Origin: Selaginella moellendorffii
Lineage: Eukaryota > Plantae > Lycopodiophyta
DNA length: 64,000 nt
Reading direction: 5' to 3'
Assembly: GCF_000143415.4 (NCBI RefSeq)
Contig: NW_003314279.1
Location: 496,130 to 560,129, forward strand
Both the position numbers and the translations under genes were made by a program. Shown in pieces: positions 38,122-51,508 of the stretch. Within the stretch, counting starts at the first letter, position 1; the number at the start of each line of letters is the position of its first letter. The notes beneath the pieces are model-generated. The model did no database searches and was not told where the DNA came from. It was given only the letters and a program-made list of their open reading frames with translations.

Positions 38122-40973
38122 ATGGGTCTCACGAAGAGCAGCCTCTGGTACACAATCGTAGCTTCCATTTTTGTTCTTACAGCGGCCGCTCCACACAAGA
38201 AAGTGAGTATAGAACTGAATGTTGGTTGTCGCCAAAGGTCATTTTCCACTCATCATCCCTGCACAGGCATACATCGTTTACATGGGTGAGAAATCGCACA
38301 AAGACCATAATGTCGTGCACGCACAAGTTCATTCCTTCCTGGCGGATACACTCGGAAGGTAAACAATTAGATGCTTTCTAAACATGCATACCCATACCTT
38401 TGGTTGAATTGTTGATACAGCCTTGAGGAAGCGCGGAGGAATATGATACACACCTACAAGCGCAGCTTCACTGGGTTTTCGGCCATGCTCACCGACGACC
38501 AAGCTGCACAGATAAAAAGTACGAGTTAATAAGGACAATATGTATATGCTTACCTTTGGTCGCAGGGAGAGAAGAGGTTGTTTCGATTTTCCCAAGCAAG
38601 AGTCACAAGCTCCACACAACCCATTCCTGGGACTTTTTGAATACCATCGACTCTTTCCCGGCTCAGAACAGCGATCCCAGTGGTTGTGAGGCTTCTGGCC
38701 AAGACATTATTGTTGGCGTCTTTGACTCTGGTACATAACGAGTTTATGAAGATGCACATACCAAACCATCAAGTTTTGCAGGTATCTGGCCGGAGTCCAA
38801 GAGCTTCAACGACGTAAGCATGCCACCGATACCAAGAAAATGGAAGGGAGCTTGCCAGGATGGAGAACAGTTCACTGCACGTAATTGCAACAAGTAAGAA
38901 GTCAAACTCCGAAACTATTGTTTTCAGACGATCTCACATGGATGCCAAAATGCCAGCAAGTTGATTGGAGCACGCTTTTACACAAACGGATACGATGCCA
39001 GCGACCCTGAGCTGCAAAAAACCTTCATCAAATCTGCACGGGATACGGACGGACACGGGACACATACCGCGTCAACTGCAGCGGGAAGGATTGTCAACGG
39101 CATAAGCTTCCCGGGAGGCCTTGGAGCTGGAGCTGCTAGGGGAGGAAGTCCAAACTCGAGAGTTGCCGCGTACAAAGTTTGCTGGGACGACTGCAAGGAC
39201 CCTGACATTCTAGCGGGCTTTGATGATGCCATAGCCGACGGCGTCGACATTATATCTGCGTCCATCGGCCCGGATCCTCCTCAGGCCAACTATTTCGAGG
39301 ATGCTATATCCATCGGAGCGTTCCATGCCCTGCAGAAAAACATCCTCGTGTCATGCTCTGCCGGAAACAGTGGAGACCCTTTCACGGCTACCAACCTTTC
39401 GCCATGGATACTGACGGTTGCAGCGAGCTCCATAGACAGGAGGTTTGAAGCCGATGTGGTCCTTGGAAACGGAAAAATACTTCAGGTAAGCTGTTGACAG
39501 TATCTGCAACGAGTTGAGCTTGACTTTGGAAACAGGGACTAGCTGTTAATCCATACGATTCTCAGTTCTTCCCGGTGGTTCTGGGAAAGGATCTTGCTGC
39601 CGCAGGAGTGACGCCTGCAAATGCAAGGTAATACAAGTCATCGAGGAAACTCAATGGTACCTAGTTGCTTTGTTGCGCAGTTTTTGCCATGCGGACTCCC
39701 TGGACGACGTGAAAACCAAGGGGAAAATAGTCGTTTGCCAGCATGAAATCCCGATCGAGTCGAGGGGAGCCAAGGCCGCCGAAGTGAGTCGAGCTGGTGG
39801 TGCTGGAATGATCGACATCAATCCTGAAGTTAAAGACCTGGCACAACCTTTCGTGGTCCCTGCATCACTGACCGACGAGGCCCAAGCGTCCATTCTCCGT
39901 GCATATCTAAATTCCACCAGGTGAGCAGCCAAAAGTATCTATCTACAGCCCCGTCTCTAACACCCCCTGGGAAAACCAACCAGCTCTCCCATGGCCAAGT
40001 TCCTCAAGACAAACGTCGTCCTCCACGACAAGCCGTCCCCAAAAGTGGCATTCTTCTCTTCGCGAGGTCCCAACACTGTTACTCCGGACATCATCAAGGT
40101 GAGTGGCAAAAGTTTCCTTGAGAGCTCGAGCACTCACATCCTGCTCTCCAGCCTGATATAACAGCACCAGGCCTCACAATCCTCGCAGCGTGGCCCCCTA
40201 TAGCAACCGCAGGAGCCGGCAACCGAAGTGTCGACTACAACTTCCTCTCGGGAACGTCCATGGCATGCCCGCATATCACTGGGGTGGCAGCTTTGCTCAA
40301 GGCCAGATTCCCATACTGGACAGCAGCTATGATCAAGTCGGCGATGATGACCACTGGTAAAGAACTTGTTCTTCCTTCTCACGGCTGTCCAAGTTCCTGA
40401 CCCAAATTCTTCGTTGGTTTCCTTCCAGCCACCCTCTCGGATAACACGAACAGCTTGATCAAGAACACTTTCACCAACACCCCTGCCACTCCTTTCGATT
40501 TTGGATCCGGGCATGTCAACCCAGTCGCGGCCCAGGATCCCGGACTCGTGTATGACATAAGCTTGGAGGAGTATACCAGCTTTGCCTGTGGCCTCGGCCC
40601 ATCCCCAGGAGCACTGAAGAACCTCACGATCACTGCCTGTCCACCCAATCCCATCGCTTCCTACAATCTAAACTATCCTTCCATCGGAGTAGCCGACCTG
40701 CGAGGCAGCCTCTCGGTCACCAGATCGCTAACCAACGTCGGGCCAGCGCAATCCCACTACAGGGCCAAGGTCTACTCACCTCCTGGCGTGATCGTGTCGG
40801 TGTACCCCTCGGAGCTCCAATTCACGCGGCCGCTCCAGAAGATCTCCTTCACCGTGAGCTTGAGCGTCCAGCAGCGATCCCAGGATTTCGTGTTTGGCGC
40901 CCTCGTCTGGAGCGACGGCAAGCATTTTGTGAGAAGCCCGATCGCCGTGAATGCTACAGCGATTGCGAGCTAG
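38122..40973 (+). CDS. Subtilisin-like serine protease (S8A subtilase), multi-exon
   Basis: Signal peptide, YIVYMG/I9 domain, [45 protein letters not shown]. Confidence 0.95.
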
Positions 40974-41680
40974 CTAGCTTGCTAGTAGAGAGAGGAGAGC
41001 GATGTAACAAAAAGGGGATAATCCGACACGAAAGAACGGAAAACCATCGCTGTCGCACAGGCAGCCGTGGAGATTCGACCTAATCGGAGAGAGAAAGAAG
41101 AAAATGCGCTGCCGGATCCGACAGCCATGAAGAAAGAGGGCGACGAGAGTGAAGAACCCTAAAATATGCTTTCTATACGGATTCCAAGGCCCTGCGCGCG
41201 TGGCCGTCGGATCCTCCAATCCCCACCGCCCAATGACATGACCATTCCAAAACGGAAGGCCCCTCCTCTCTTTTTTATGCCCTCGGTTTTTCTAATGAAA
41301 AGCGAAAGGCGGTAGCTCGCTGGGAGAGCGCAGGGGGAGGACTTGTTCGCTCGATGACGATCTCGCCACCGGAGGCGCCGGGAGCTGCCGCTTGATCCAG
41401 CGCAGCATCGCCAGCGGCAGGAGCAGCAGCCGCGAGGTCAGATTTCACGCGTCTCCTCCTCTCCTCTCGCCGCTGATCGCCACTCCTCCTCCCTCTCGAT
41501 CTCTGGTAGCTGGGAAGAGGCGCCATCGCCCCGGCGGATGAGGCGCCCGAGCGGTGTAGGGTTTGTGGCGATTTCTTAGAGACGAGGTTTTGCTCATGGT
41601 ACTCGGTGGAGGGAGATTATGTGCCGGGGCTCGTCGCACAGGGATTCGTCGCGTCGTGAGCCTCGCGCTGCTACAATGCA

Positions 41681-43572
41681 ATGAGCTGTAATCAGAAGAC
41701 CTCAACCATCCTGAAAGCGGCAACAGTGTATCTGGGTGGGCAGGGCAAGAAGAGCTTGGGCAGCCGGGCCTCGGCGATCTTCGCTGGGGAGGTCCCCGAC
41801 GACGACAGGGCCGATTCCTTTCTCGCCGAAAGGTCCTTCCTTCCGGTGGGTCGCGCCGCCGGGCTTTTCCCGTCGGAGCTAGCGGAGATAACTGACAGGA
41901 AGCCGCCGGTGGTGAAGAGGAGCGATCCTCCGGCTTTGGAGCAGCAGCAGCATGGGAAAAAGCAGCAGCCGGAGAGCAAGGACGATGTTCCGGTGGAGAT
42001 TTTAGGACTTCCAGAGGCCGAGGGGGTGAGGACCGATCGGGACGAGCAGGCTAGCGAGTGCTCGAGCTCGTTTGGATTCAGCGACGCCACTTCCGGGGAC
42101 GAGGCAAACACCAACAACGCCAGTGAAGTAGACTCCGCTGCGAGGGATGGCAATGGAGCGCTGGAGACTGACAGGTACGGAAGCCATAGACACTTCTTAT
42201 CTCTCTTTGTTTTTTTTTTTTCCTTTTCTTACCACTCTTCCTTGAACGCACTCAAACGAAACGTATGACAAACGTTTTTATATCAGGAGGAGGCCCCTGA
42301 ATATGGACTGGAAAAACTATAGACGTGGTATTGAGTGGAGATGTCGGTGGCTTGATATTCGTCTTATGGAGTTGCAGAGGCAGGCTACAAAGTATGACGA
42401 GGTTCTCTCGGGGATCCAGAAGGCCAAGCCATGGGACGGGAGGACGGAGCCCGACGGTGCAGCGAGAGCAGCGCCTGTGCGGGAAGAGCGGCCCGCGCAG
42501 CCGCTCCTCCATCGCCAAAGGCGCAGGAAGGTGGAGGAGACTGTGGATGTGGCCGACTACATGTCAAAGCATCCTTTATTTCAAAGATACGGTAAAGAAG
42601 TGAATTTTATTCGATTTTCTCTTACGTCTCATAATGTCGACCTTGCAGAGAAGAAGAAGCGAGAGTATGAGGGGGAACAACACAAGGAGCCAAACGATTG
42701 TACGCGTATGATCATGTTGTCGATCTCTTGACCGGTTATGGCTAATTCTCTGCAACCATATGTTTGTAGTGGCGGCAGAAGGCGCAATGGTGAGGCTAGA
42801 TCCGCCGCCTGCCGATGAAGCAAACGAAGACTCGGTAGAAAACATCATGCTCAAGGTGGAGACGTTGCAAGCACGGGTGGTCCGGCTGAGAAACCAGCTC
42901 CGGGGCTCGATGTCGCACAAACTGCCTGGCCAGGTAGCCAGAGCAGGCGGAGGTGGCGGCGGCGCAGCGCGAGCTCCAGCGGCCAAGGCGGCTGCCGTCA
43001 GCCGTCTGACGAAGGCTGCTCCGAGCGGCCATCCTGTATCGCCAGCCGCGGTGAAAGGCGGGCAGGCTGCCCGAAGGCGGGCCTCGGACTACGATATCAA
43101 CAACGTGGTGATGCCTGTCAGCGTGGGTGCCAAGTACGTGCAACATGTGAGACATGCCAACATCGAGACACCTCAGTGGCGGCTGGCCGAGAAGTCCGAA
43201 ATGTGTGAAGAAGATAACTCGGATGACGAGGTTGGTTGGTTTGCTCTCTTTTTCTTTTTCTGTTTTCCTAGTTTCTTTTCCTTTTACTCGGACGAGATCT
43301 CACACGGATGAATGTATTTCAGGATACCGATGATGAAACTTACAAGAGCCGTCACGCGCCTTTGGAAGCGCAGGAGAGGCTTCATCGCTACGGGCCACGG
43401 ACTAACAAAAGGCCCCCGGAAGGGGAGAAGTTGAGCGCCAGAGGTAGCGGGTAAGGTTTTCTCTTTTCTTGTTTCTCGGCTTGCTCAGTCCAGAAGCTGA
43501 TGAAGTCTCTTCCTTTGCAGCTCGCACCAGATGCCTCAGTGTAGCTTGTCAGCACAATTTAGCGAAGGGTGA
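41681..43572 (+). CDS. KANSL1/NSL1-like chromatin scaffold with C-terminal PEHE-like domain, multi-exon
   Basis: WRCRWLDIRLMELQRQ coiled coil, GAARAAP (WIN-like), RRRASDYDINNVVMPVSV..IETPQWR, EDTDDETYKSRHAPLEAQER. Confidence 0.7.
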
Positions 43573-43610
43573 ATGAAAATCGAGCAAGCAAGCAAGCGAT
43601 TGTACATTGC

Positions 43611-43611
<1 letters not shown>

Positions 43612-43642
<31 letters not shown>
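43612..43642. repeat. (AGC)n trinucleotide repeat
   Basis: agcagcagcagcagcagcagcagcagcagc. Confidence 0.9.
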
Positions 43643-43969
43643 CTAGAGAGAGTGGGAACGGATTGATTCCCTCCTGGTTGATGCTCGTCAGCAGCAAGCA
43701 GGTTAACCAGACAAAACTAATCTCCTCGATTCCAATTCAAGGCCTGCATTTTGTGTAGATGGTGCAGGAGGAAGGCAAAAGACAAAATTTATTCAAAATC
43801 AGAGAGACCAGAAGGAAAGCAGCTGATAAAAAACAGGTGTGACTCTTGGATGCGGCTCATAGGAGTTGTGTTTTGGTATAAATAAAATATGAGAGAGAAA
43901 AAAATCTCTTTTTTTGACCATTATGATCAATTTATATGAAAAGTTTCTCAATATCTTTGATAAACTAAT

Positions 43970-44870
43970 GAAGGCATGGCGCGCGGCTATCTGGCTGATC
44001 CGGAGGGTCATGGTACCTGTGTCCGTCAAGATCGCCAGCCCTCGCAACTGGATTTGGCCAGTGGCTGCTGCTCGGCATTTCCCGCTCTACGCTGCTGCTA
44101 GTGGGCCTCTACTTCGTAGTCGCCAAGAACGATTTTCTCGATGCCGTCGTGCCCAACCCGCTCACCGGCTACTTCATCTTCGTTGAATGATAGACTTGCA
44201 AGTGTTATTCCAGATACGTCCTCCTCATAAATGAACATCAGGCAATTTACGATCCATGGATAGTTTAATGCTTCAACGCCTGCCTCAGCTGCATAGTACG
44301 GTCCCGGGATAGTGGCGGTCTGGAGGTGGAGGCTCTGGGACAGGATGGAGATTTCCGGTGGAGTGCGAACTACTGAGGGACGCTGTCCCGGTCTACGATT
44401 CGAGGGTGGAATGCCGACGCTGAGCTTGTTCTTGAGCCGGGTAAGATCGAGAGTAGAGTTCTATCAGACCGAAGCTTGTTTGTTTTTTCCACACGAGTGT
44501 TGCGTGCCGGGCAGTGCAGCGTTACATCTGCTCTCTCACTCTTCCAGGAAAGCCGGACGTCATGGCCAGGCTGAGGTCCTTTCGTGTGGATAGTGATCTC
44601 TGCGGGAAATGCGAGAGCACGATCGTCACAACCTGGGAGGATCTGTCTAAGAGGAGCTTAAATCCGGCTCTTGCTGGCAGGAACTTCTTGTTTCATGCTT
44701 TTGTTCCACGCAGGAGAGCGATGCATATTGGCAAGCATCGGAGGTATGCCGAGGTATGCAGAGGCAGTGCGTACAAGTTCTTACATGCCTTAGACGTGGA
44801 GAGGATAGAATTCAACAGGACAGAAATAAAAGGAGGATTTTTTCAAGCCCTAGAGTGCTTGGATTTGCAA
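43970..44870 (+). pseudogene. Decayed copy of the F-box gene at 59610..60930
   Basis: Colinear nucleotide similarity (aaggcatggc.cgcggc; tcaagatcgcca; ggatagtgatctctgcggga; aggagagcgatgcat), frameshifts, remnants of both introns, F-box motif missing. Confidence 0.85.
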
Positions 44871-45879
44871 ATCTAACTTTTACATTGTTTAAATTTAGTT
44901 TTTTCCATTTCCTTTCTTTTGTTCTTTTCTTTTTGGATTTTGTTTTAGATTTAGCTTTTTCATTGTCTAAATCTTCCTTTCCTTCTAAGTTTTTTTTATT
45001 TATCTTCTTTTGCTCTTTTTCTTTCATTCATCTTTATAGTAAAGTAATAATTTTCTTCTCTGACTCTAGAGTAACAGTTGGTGCAATTGCTTAATGTTAT
45101 GTGATTGCAATTGAACAATTAAACTTAGTTGATGATGGTTTTCACAGCATGTAATATAACTCTTACTCTTGGTGCCAATCCTTGTGTTTGGCCGGAATTC
45201 TTTCAAGGGAATCCTGGGGATGATGTATATCATTAATTCAATCACTTCACAGTGATTGCCACATATCATTTTTGGGATGATGTTTGACATTTGAGTAAAT
45301 TTCCCATGTGTCTCCAAGGGATGGCACTGCAATAGTACAATAGTTTGAGCGTAACAACTCGTGGGGATTGGAGTATTCTCCCAGACGTCTTCAAAATGCA
45401 TTTAGACATGTTGACGATTGTGATGATGCCTTTTAACAATTGCATTGTCTTCGTCAAAGGCCATTTAAGTCGGTAATACAATTTTACATTCGTTTTTGAA
45501 ACCTCTTGCTTCGTGCAAAGCCAAATATTTCGGAGCAGATTAAGCTGGGAATGTTGTAGCCAACACTTTGTCAAAATTTTGTAAGACTTGTGCATGCATT
45601 TGCTCCAACCACCATTGACAATGCCCTTCACTTAACACAATGTTATGAAATGTCACTTTTTCCACTTCTCATTGCACATCCTTTATCTCTACTTCATATG
45701 GGAAATGGTCTTGTTCCAATAAAGGTTGATGCTGTTACTGCTCAAGTCCAAAGACAAAGGCGAGGACGTAGTCGTGGCTATGATGTTTGCTGCTAGGCAT
45801 GTGATGAAGTTGGTCACACTTATTGGTATTGTTGGCATTTTCTAAATTGGCAACTTCCATTTCCTAGGTGGAGACCTTG

Positions 45880-46350
45880 GCATCAACAACGTCCTATTGA
45901 TGCTACTGCAATGGAAAGTCTCATCAACAACGTCCTATTGGTGCTACTGCAGTGGAAAGTCTTGACATCATTTCATCATCTTCTCATTTCCTTGCTGGGA
46001 AATGAGGAGTTGCACGAGTAATAGAGGGACCTTGCGGGAATAAGTCAACGTACTACAATGGAAAGTCTCATCAACAACGTCCTATTGGTGCTACTGCAGT
46101 GGAAAGTCTCGACATCATTTCATCATCTTCTCATTTCCCACTGCAGTGGAAAGTCTCGACATCATTTCATCATCTTCTCATTTCCTTGCTGGGAAATGAG
46201 GAGTTGCACGAGTAATTGCTGGGAAATGAGGAGTTGCACGAGTAATAGAGGGACCTTGCGGGAATAAGTCAACGATGTAAGCTCCTGAGTTTGGATGAGT
46301 AATAGAAGGACCTTGCGGGAATAAGTCAACGATGTAAGCTCCTGAGTTTG
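45880..46350. repeat. Local tandem duplications inside the gypsy remnant
   Basis: Repeated catcaacaacgtcctattg, gctgggaaatgaggagttgcacgagtaat and ggaccttgcgggaataagtcaacg units. Confidence 0.9.
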
Positions 46351-46526
46351 GACTTCCCGGGAGGTCACCCAGCCCAGTACTATTCAAACCCAAGGACGCT
46401 TAACCCCAAATATCCCAAGACCTTTAACCGATTAGAAAAGGGGGTGCACTCTTATTCATGGGCCCTTTCCCTCTATATTTGAACCCCATGGACCGTCTCT
46501 CGAGTTGTTCTCTTTGGTTGTTTACA
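46333..46526 (-). mobile_element. Solo LTR (194 bp) of the Cassandra-like 5S-TRIM
   Basis: TG..CA ends; reverse complement of the LTRs at 52313 and 52674; flanks aacga/aatga (TSD, 1 mismatch); contains the 5S rRNA-like segment. Confidence 0.88.
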
Positions 46527-49500
46527 AATGACCCAAGAGTATTATTAAGGGGTTCACTTGGCACTAGTTCATCTAGTGTTTACTTTCCAAGCTCATTTGT
46601 ATAACAAGAGGTCTCCTATTATTCTTTCCATGTTGGTTGATATATCGAGTTTATCTTCTATTGCTCGATCTGTCACCACATATTGCCGTTTATATTTGCA
46701 TCGTGCGGTAGAGCTAGTTTTCATTCTTTATGGCAACAACCGTACACATGCAGGTGCACGGGATGGGTTGCAATCATTGTAGGTGGTGCTAAATCAAACT
46801 TTTGGCCTCATCCTTGGTATGGATTGGTTGCAGCACAATCATGCTAAATGTGATTTTGAGGCTTCTCTCCCTTGTCTCATACTTCCTTATATTTCATTCA
46901 TTCCTCTCACTTTCATACCTTTTCGTCCCTTCGTTTTTAACTCTGCTTCCATTGCTTTTGTCTCCTCATTATTTCCTATGTTTCCATCTTGCTCTGCTCT
47001 TCCCTTTTTTTGATCCCTTCGATGCTCTTTGTATTGCAGCGGTTGACCGGCTCACAAAAGAGTATGCTGATCTTTTTGAATTTGATCTATCGTCTGGGGT
47101 TAAGATTGCCATATGTCATTTAATTTCAATCAGGGATGCTTGTCTAATCAAGGTTCCTATTTGTCATTGGTCACCCAAAGAGATCAAACTTTTATGTGTA
47201 AACATTAAAGAGATGTTGGAAAAAGGTGTTATTCGAAAGTCGCAGAGTTCTTGGGTATGTGAACCTCATGTTGTAATAAATCTTAATGGGAATATTCATT
47301 TTTGCATTGATTATTGTCCGTTAAATGAAGTGATAATCTTTAATATATATACCTTCTTCCTCACATTACTGATCTCTTGAATTGTCTAAAGAGAAGTTGT
47401 TTGTTCATGAAGCTAAATCTTGCTTCTAGGTATTGGCAAATATCAATAACCAAAGAAGATATTCCTAAGATTACTTTTCATACACCATTTAATTTGTGCA
47501 AGTTCTTTGGTTTGAATAATGCTCTAGGAATTTTTTAATAAATGATGGATGAGGTTCTTTATGATATGCCAAAAGTGATTGTTAACTTCATTGATGATAT
47601 CTTAATGTACTCAGAGGGGACGTGGGAGGAACACGTCTGTGATGTTTGTAAAGTTTTGGATTGACTACGGGATGTTAATTTAAAGTTGAAACGGTCAAAG
47701 TGCGTGTTTGGTCCAAGAACATAATTTATCTTAGATACCATATTTCTCATGAGGGTTTGCAAATTAATCTTAACAGACTTATGGTTGTTTTAAATTTCTC
47801 TATTCCGAAGTGTATGAATGATGTGCAGCACTTTTTGGGCAAAATGCAATATCTCTATCTTTTTGTGGACCATCTTTCTGATCACAGTACACCATTGCGA
47901 GCATTGCTAAAGTCATTAATGTCATCTTTTATTTGGTCTGCAGACTGTGAGCGGGTGTTCATGGATCTTAAAGAGATATTAATGACCCCTCCAATTTTAG
48001 CATATCCTAACTATACTCAACATTTCATTTTGCACATAGATGCTTTTAATATTAATTTTGGAGGTATGTTGATGCAAAAGAACTCTAGTGTGTTTAGTCA
48101 GTGCCATCCTATTGTACACATTAGCCGTACATTACAACTAATAAAGATGAACTACTCCACAACAGAGAATGAGTGTTTATTAGCAATCTAGGGTTTTGAG
48201 AAACTTCATGCATATCTACATGGTTCTCATATATTACTAAAAAGTGATCATGCTGCTGTTACTTCATTATTGAAGCAGAAGAACTTGGTTGGTCATATTG
48301 CTTAGTGGGTTTTGAAGTTTTAGATATATAATTTTGATGTTGTTTATCGTTCAAAGAGTTTTATGGCTCATGCTAATGCCCTTTCTCAAGCTCCTCTTCC
48401 TTCTTCACTCTTTTCTCATGTTTGGGACAAATCTGTTGTTCTAGCATCTGTGAATTTTCTAGATGAGGATTTTGTGCCATTGGTGGTTGCTGTATTTGAC
48501 ATTTAATGTCCACAAGGTGCAGAGCATGATCTACCTTCTTTTGATAAAGTTCGCGAGGCTCAAAATATTGAGCCAAGCTTCAAGAAGGGTTTAAGAATTT
48601 TGTATCACTTACTGATGACTTATCATTCTAGCATTTACATTCTCAATATCACCTTGAAAACGGCCTTCTTTATTTTGTTGGGACGGATCCTGATGATCAT
48701 TTATAGCTATGGTGCCTTTAGTCTTTATTCCACGGTTTCTCCATACCTACTATGATTCTCCTATTCTAGGCGAGCATATGGGATATTGTTGTGTGACCGA
48801 GAAGCTGCACAAGTCTTTCTATTGGCCGGAGATGTAATGTGATGTTATTTAGTATGTGTATAATTGCATTTGGTGCCAAGCTCATAATACTCCCCCTCAT
48901 ATTGCGGAAAGACGGTTGGAGTCAATTGCAGTTTCCTATCCATTTGTGTTGGTAGTGTTTGATCTTATGGGATCTTTTCCATGATAAATTGTTGGCAATG
49001 ATTATATTATTATTGTTTCTGACTACTTGACTTGTTGGGTGGAAGTTGATGCTCTTGCTAGCACCTCTACAATTGTTGTTGGATACTTCCTCCTCAATCG
49101 AGTGGTGTTCTAGCATTTTTAACTAGAGTGGATTCTTTTGGATAATGATTCTATATTTATGGTTGAGGCATTTCATGTTTTAACATCTTGGTTGGGATAC
49201 ATGACACTTTTATGAGTGCTTATCATCCATAGTTAGACAGTTTAATGGAACACTTAAGCTGCATAGAAGTGGGACAACAATGGCACTACAACTCCCATCA
49301 TTGTCCATTTGTGAAGTGGATGATTTGGTGTTAATTTGTTTTCCTTATTTTATGGTATGTGGTTTATCTAAGGGACTCTTTGCTCAGTGGAAAGGACTAT
49401 ATTAGGTGTTGCGGCAAGTTGGACCTCAAATTTATAAGGTTCAACATGATATCTAGTAAGACGATCCTCCAGAAATTGTGAATGTGTAGTAGTTGAAACA

Positions 49501-51508
49501 CTTTGTACAAAGGGATTAGGAACAACTAATACCATCTACAAATCTGCTAATGCCTCCTTTTGATGTTCCACCAGATCCCGGCCCATCTATGAGAGAACCC
49601 TGATGGTCTTCTATTATTCTGAGAGGAGGGGATGATGTGAGGTCCAAGTATACAACTACGATGTTGTATGCTAATATTAGCATAGTGGGATTTTTGTAGC
49701 TGTTAGATTGGTTTTAATCTGGACCACTCACTCATGTATATGTTAGGGTTTTTGGGCTAATTGATATACATATTTTTTGTATTCCCTTTCCATATTCCAT
49801 GCATTCACATAAGTATATTAAATATTAAAAAGACATAATAATTAATACATATTCCCATGTCTTAACCACTCACATGAGTGTTGCTTATGACTTGTCACCA
49901 TGGATGGCCACTCCCTATGCAGTGAGTAAGTTAGTTGATCCACATTTGCTGTTTTGAGTAGAATATGATGATCTTGGACCCAAGCTATTAATTAATCTGC
50001 TCTAGCTTTCGTCCTCCCTAAAAGTCAAGGTTTTATTAACAATGTTTTGCTTTTTTATTTAGGATTGTGATTTTGTTTTTGTTCCATTTGTTCTACATTT
50101 CTATCTAGAGCTATTGTTATACATAAATCTGCTCCCTTCTTTTGCCATGTTATATTATTATTAATTGAGGTTTGAGGCTGTAGATGCTCTATTATTCTCA
50201 TCTTGCAACATTATTTATGCTATTATGTTACATGTGGATTGGAGATTTTGCTACTCCAATTCTTGGTGTGCTATTGGCTCTAGTTTATATGGGATGTGAT
50301 TACATGGTTGCTCCTACTCTTGGTGTCTTACGATTTGTTATTAATGTAGAATGTCATAATGATATGAATTAACAAATAATTTCTAGAGGATGTTTGAGGA
50401 TCAAGCTTATGAGAAGATGATGTTTACAAGTTTGATTATATTCTTGATAAATAAAGTATTCAAATGCTTTGAGGATAACTTTAAAGAAAAATTAAAAATT
50501 TCATAGGGTAGTCCATAAATCTACTATTTAGTCTTTACTTTCTGCTTCCTATTCTTTCTAAATCTTTTTACTTCTCTCAACTTAAGCTGTCTTCTTGTAT
50601 TTTTAGTATTCATCTTTCATCTACAGTCAATTTTTCTTCCAATTTTCTTGGCATATTGTTCCTTATGAATTTTTTTAACCTAATATCCTCCTATTTCTGA
50701 GAACCTAATTCTTAGTTCTTTTGTGGATTTTTTGTTTTCTTAAAGTCTTTATTCCATTTTTCCAAGGGTTAAATCACTTTTGCTAGAGTTTTAAAGTTGA
50801 ATACATTTTCCTTATTATAGTTATAATATACTATAGTGGCTCTTGAAATCTTTTAATTTCATTCACAATTGTAATTTTGCTGTTAGTTCAAATATTTAAT
50901 AGTTTCACATAAAGTTGCAATTTGTTCATTAGGATATCATAGTTGAATACTTGTATCATAGCTTTAGGTTCTATTTAGTTCATAGTTATCAATAACTATA
51001 TCAATGATTCTATGGAGTTTGAAGTTCTTGTGCCCATATAAAACTCTAATGTTCTATTAGTCACCACTTTTTCATAGATGATGGTATAATGTATTTGCAT
51101 ATATAACACTACAAGGTAAATATATTATTTATATTAACATAATATATAGAGCATCTGATTAGAATTACCCATTTATGTATACAAGCAATAGAGGCCTTAG
51201 CCCAATTAATTTATTTTTCAAGAAATAGTATTAAAGATATGATTTATTAGGCATTTTTATTTACATATATTATTAAGTATAGTGTAAATAATTTAGCCAA
51301 AGTATACTTATAAATAAAAATAAAAATTATACTAAATTTCAAAGATTAGAGATATGCTATTTTGTCCTACTGAATCTCAATACTAAAGACTTAATTTGAG
51401 GCTGAAACATCTATTGCACACCTCTAAACTACTATCCCAATTAAGTATAAAAACATGAAAGCATTCTTCCTTGATTCATCACTTTTTACTTGCTTCATCA
51501 CTTATAGC

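Larger units (their letters stand above)
45100..49640 (+). mobile_element. Degenerate Ty3/gypsy LTR retrotransposon internal region (gag-PR-RT-RH-INT)
   Basis: Zn-knuckle remnant ~45790; LILGMDWL protease; EMLEKGVIRKSQSSW, FCIDYCPLN and FIDDILMY (RT); FILHIDA..NYSTTENECL (RNase H); integrase remnants ~48700-49300; polypurine tract gagaggagggga at 49621 followed by TG; many stops. Confidence 0.9.

Noticed and set aside
45880-46350. CRISPR-like array
   Set aside because: Eukaryotic context, no unique spacers or cas genes; these are simple local duplications
50400-51150. Possible endogenous viral or gag remnant on the minus strand
   Set aside because: Purine-skewed and stop-riddled, with no identifiable motif
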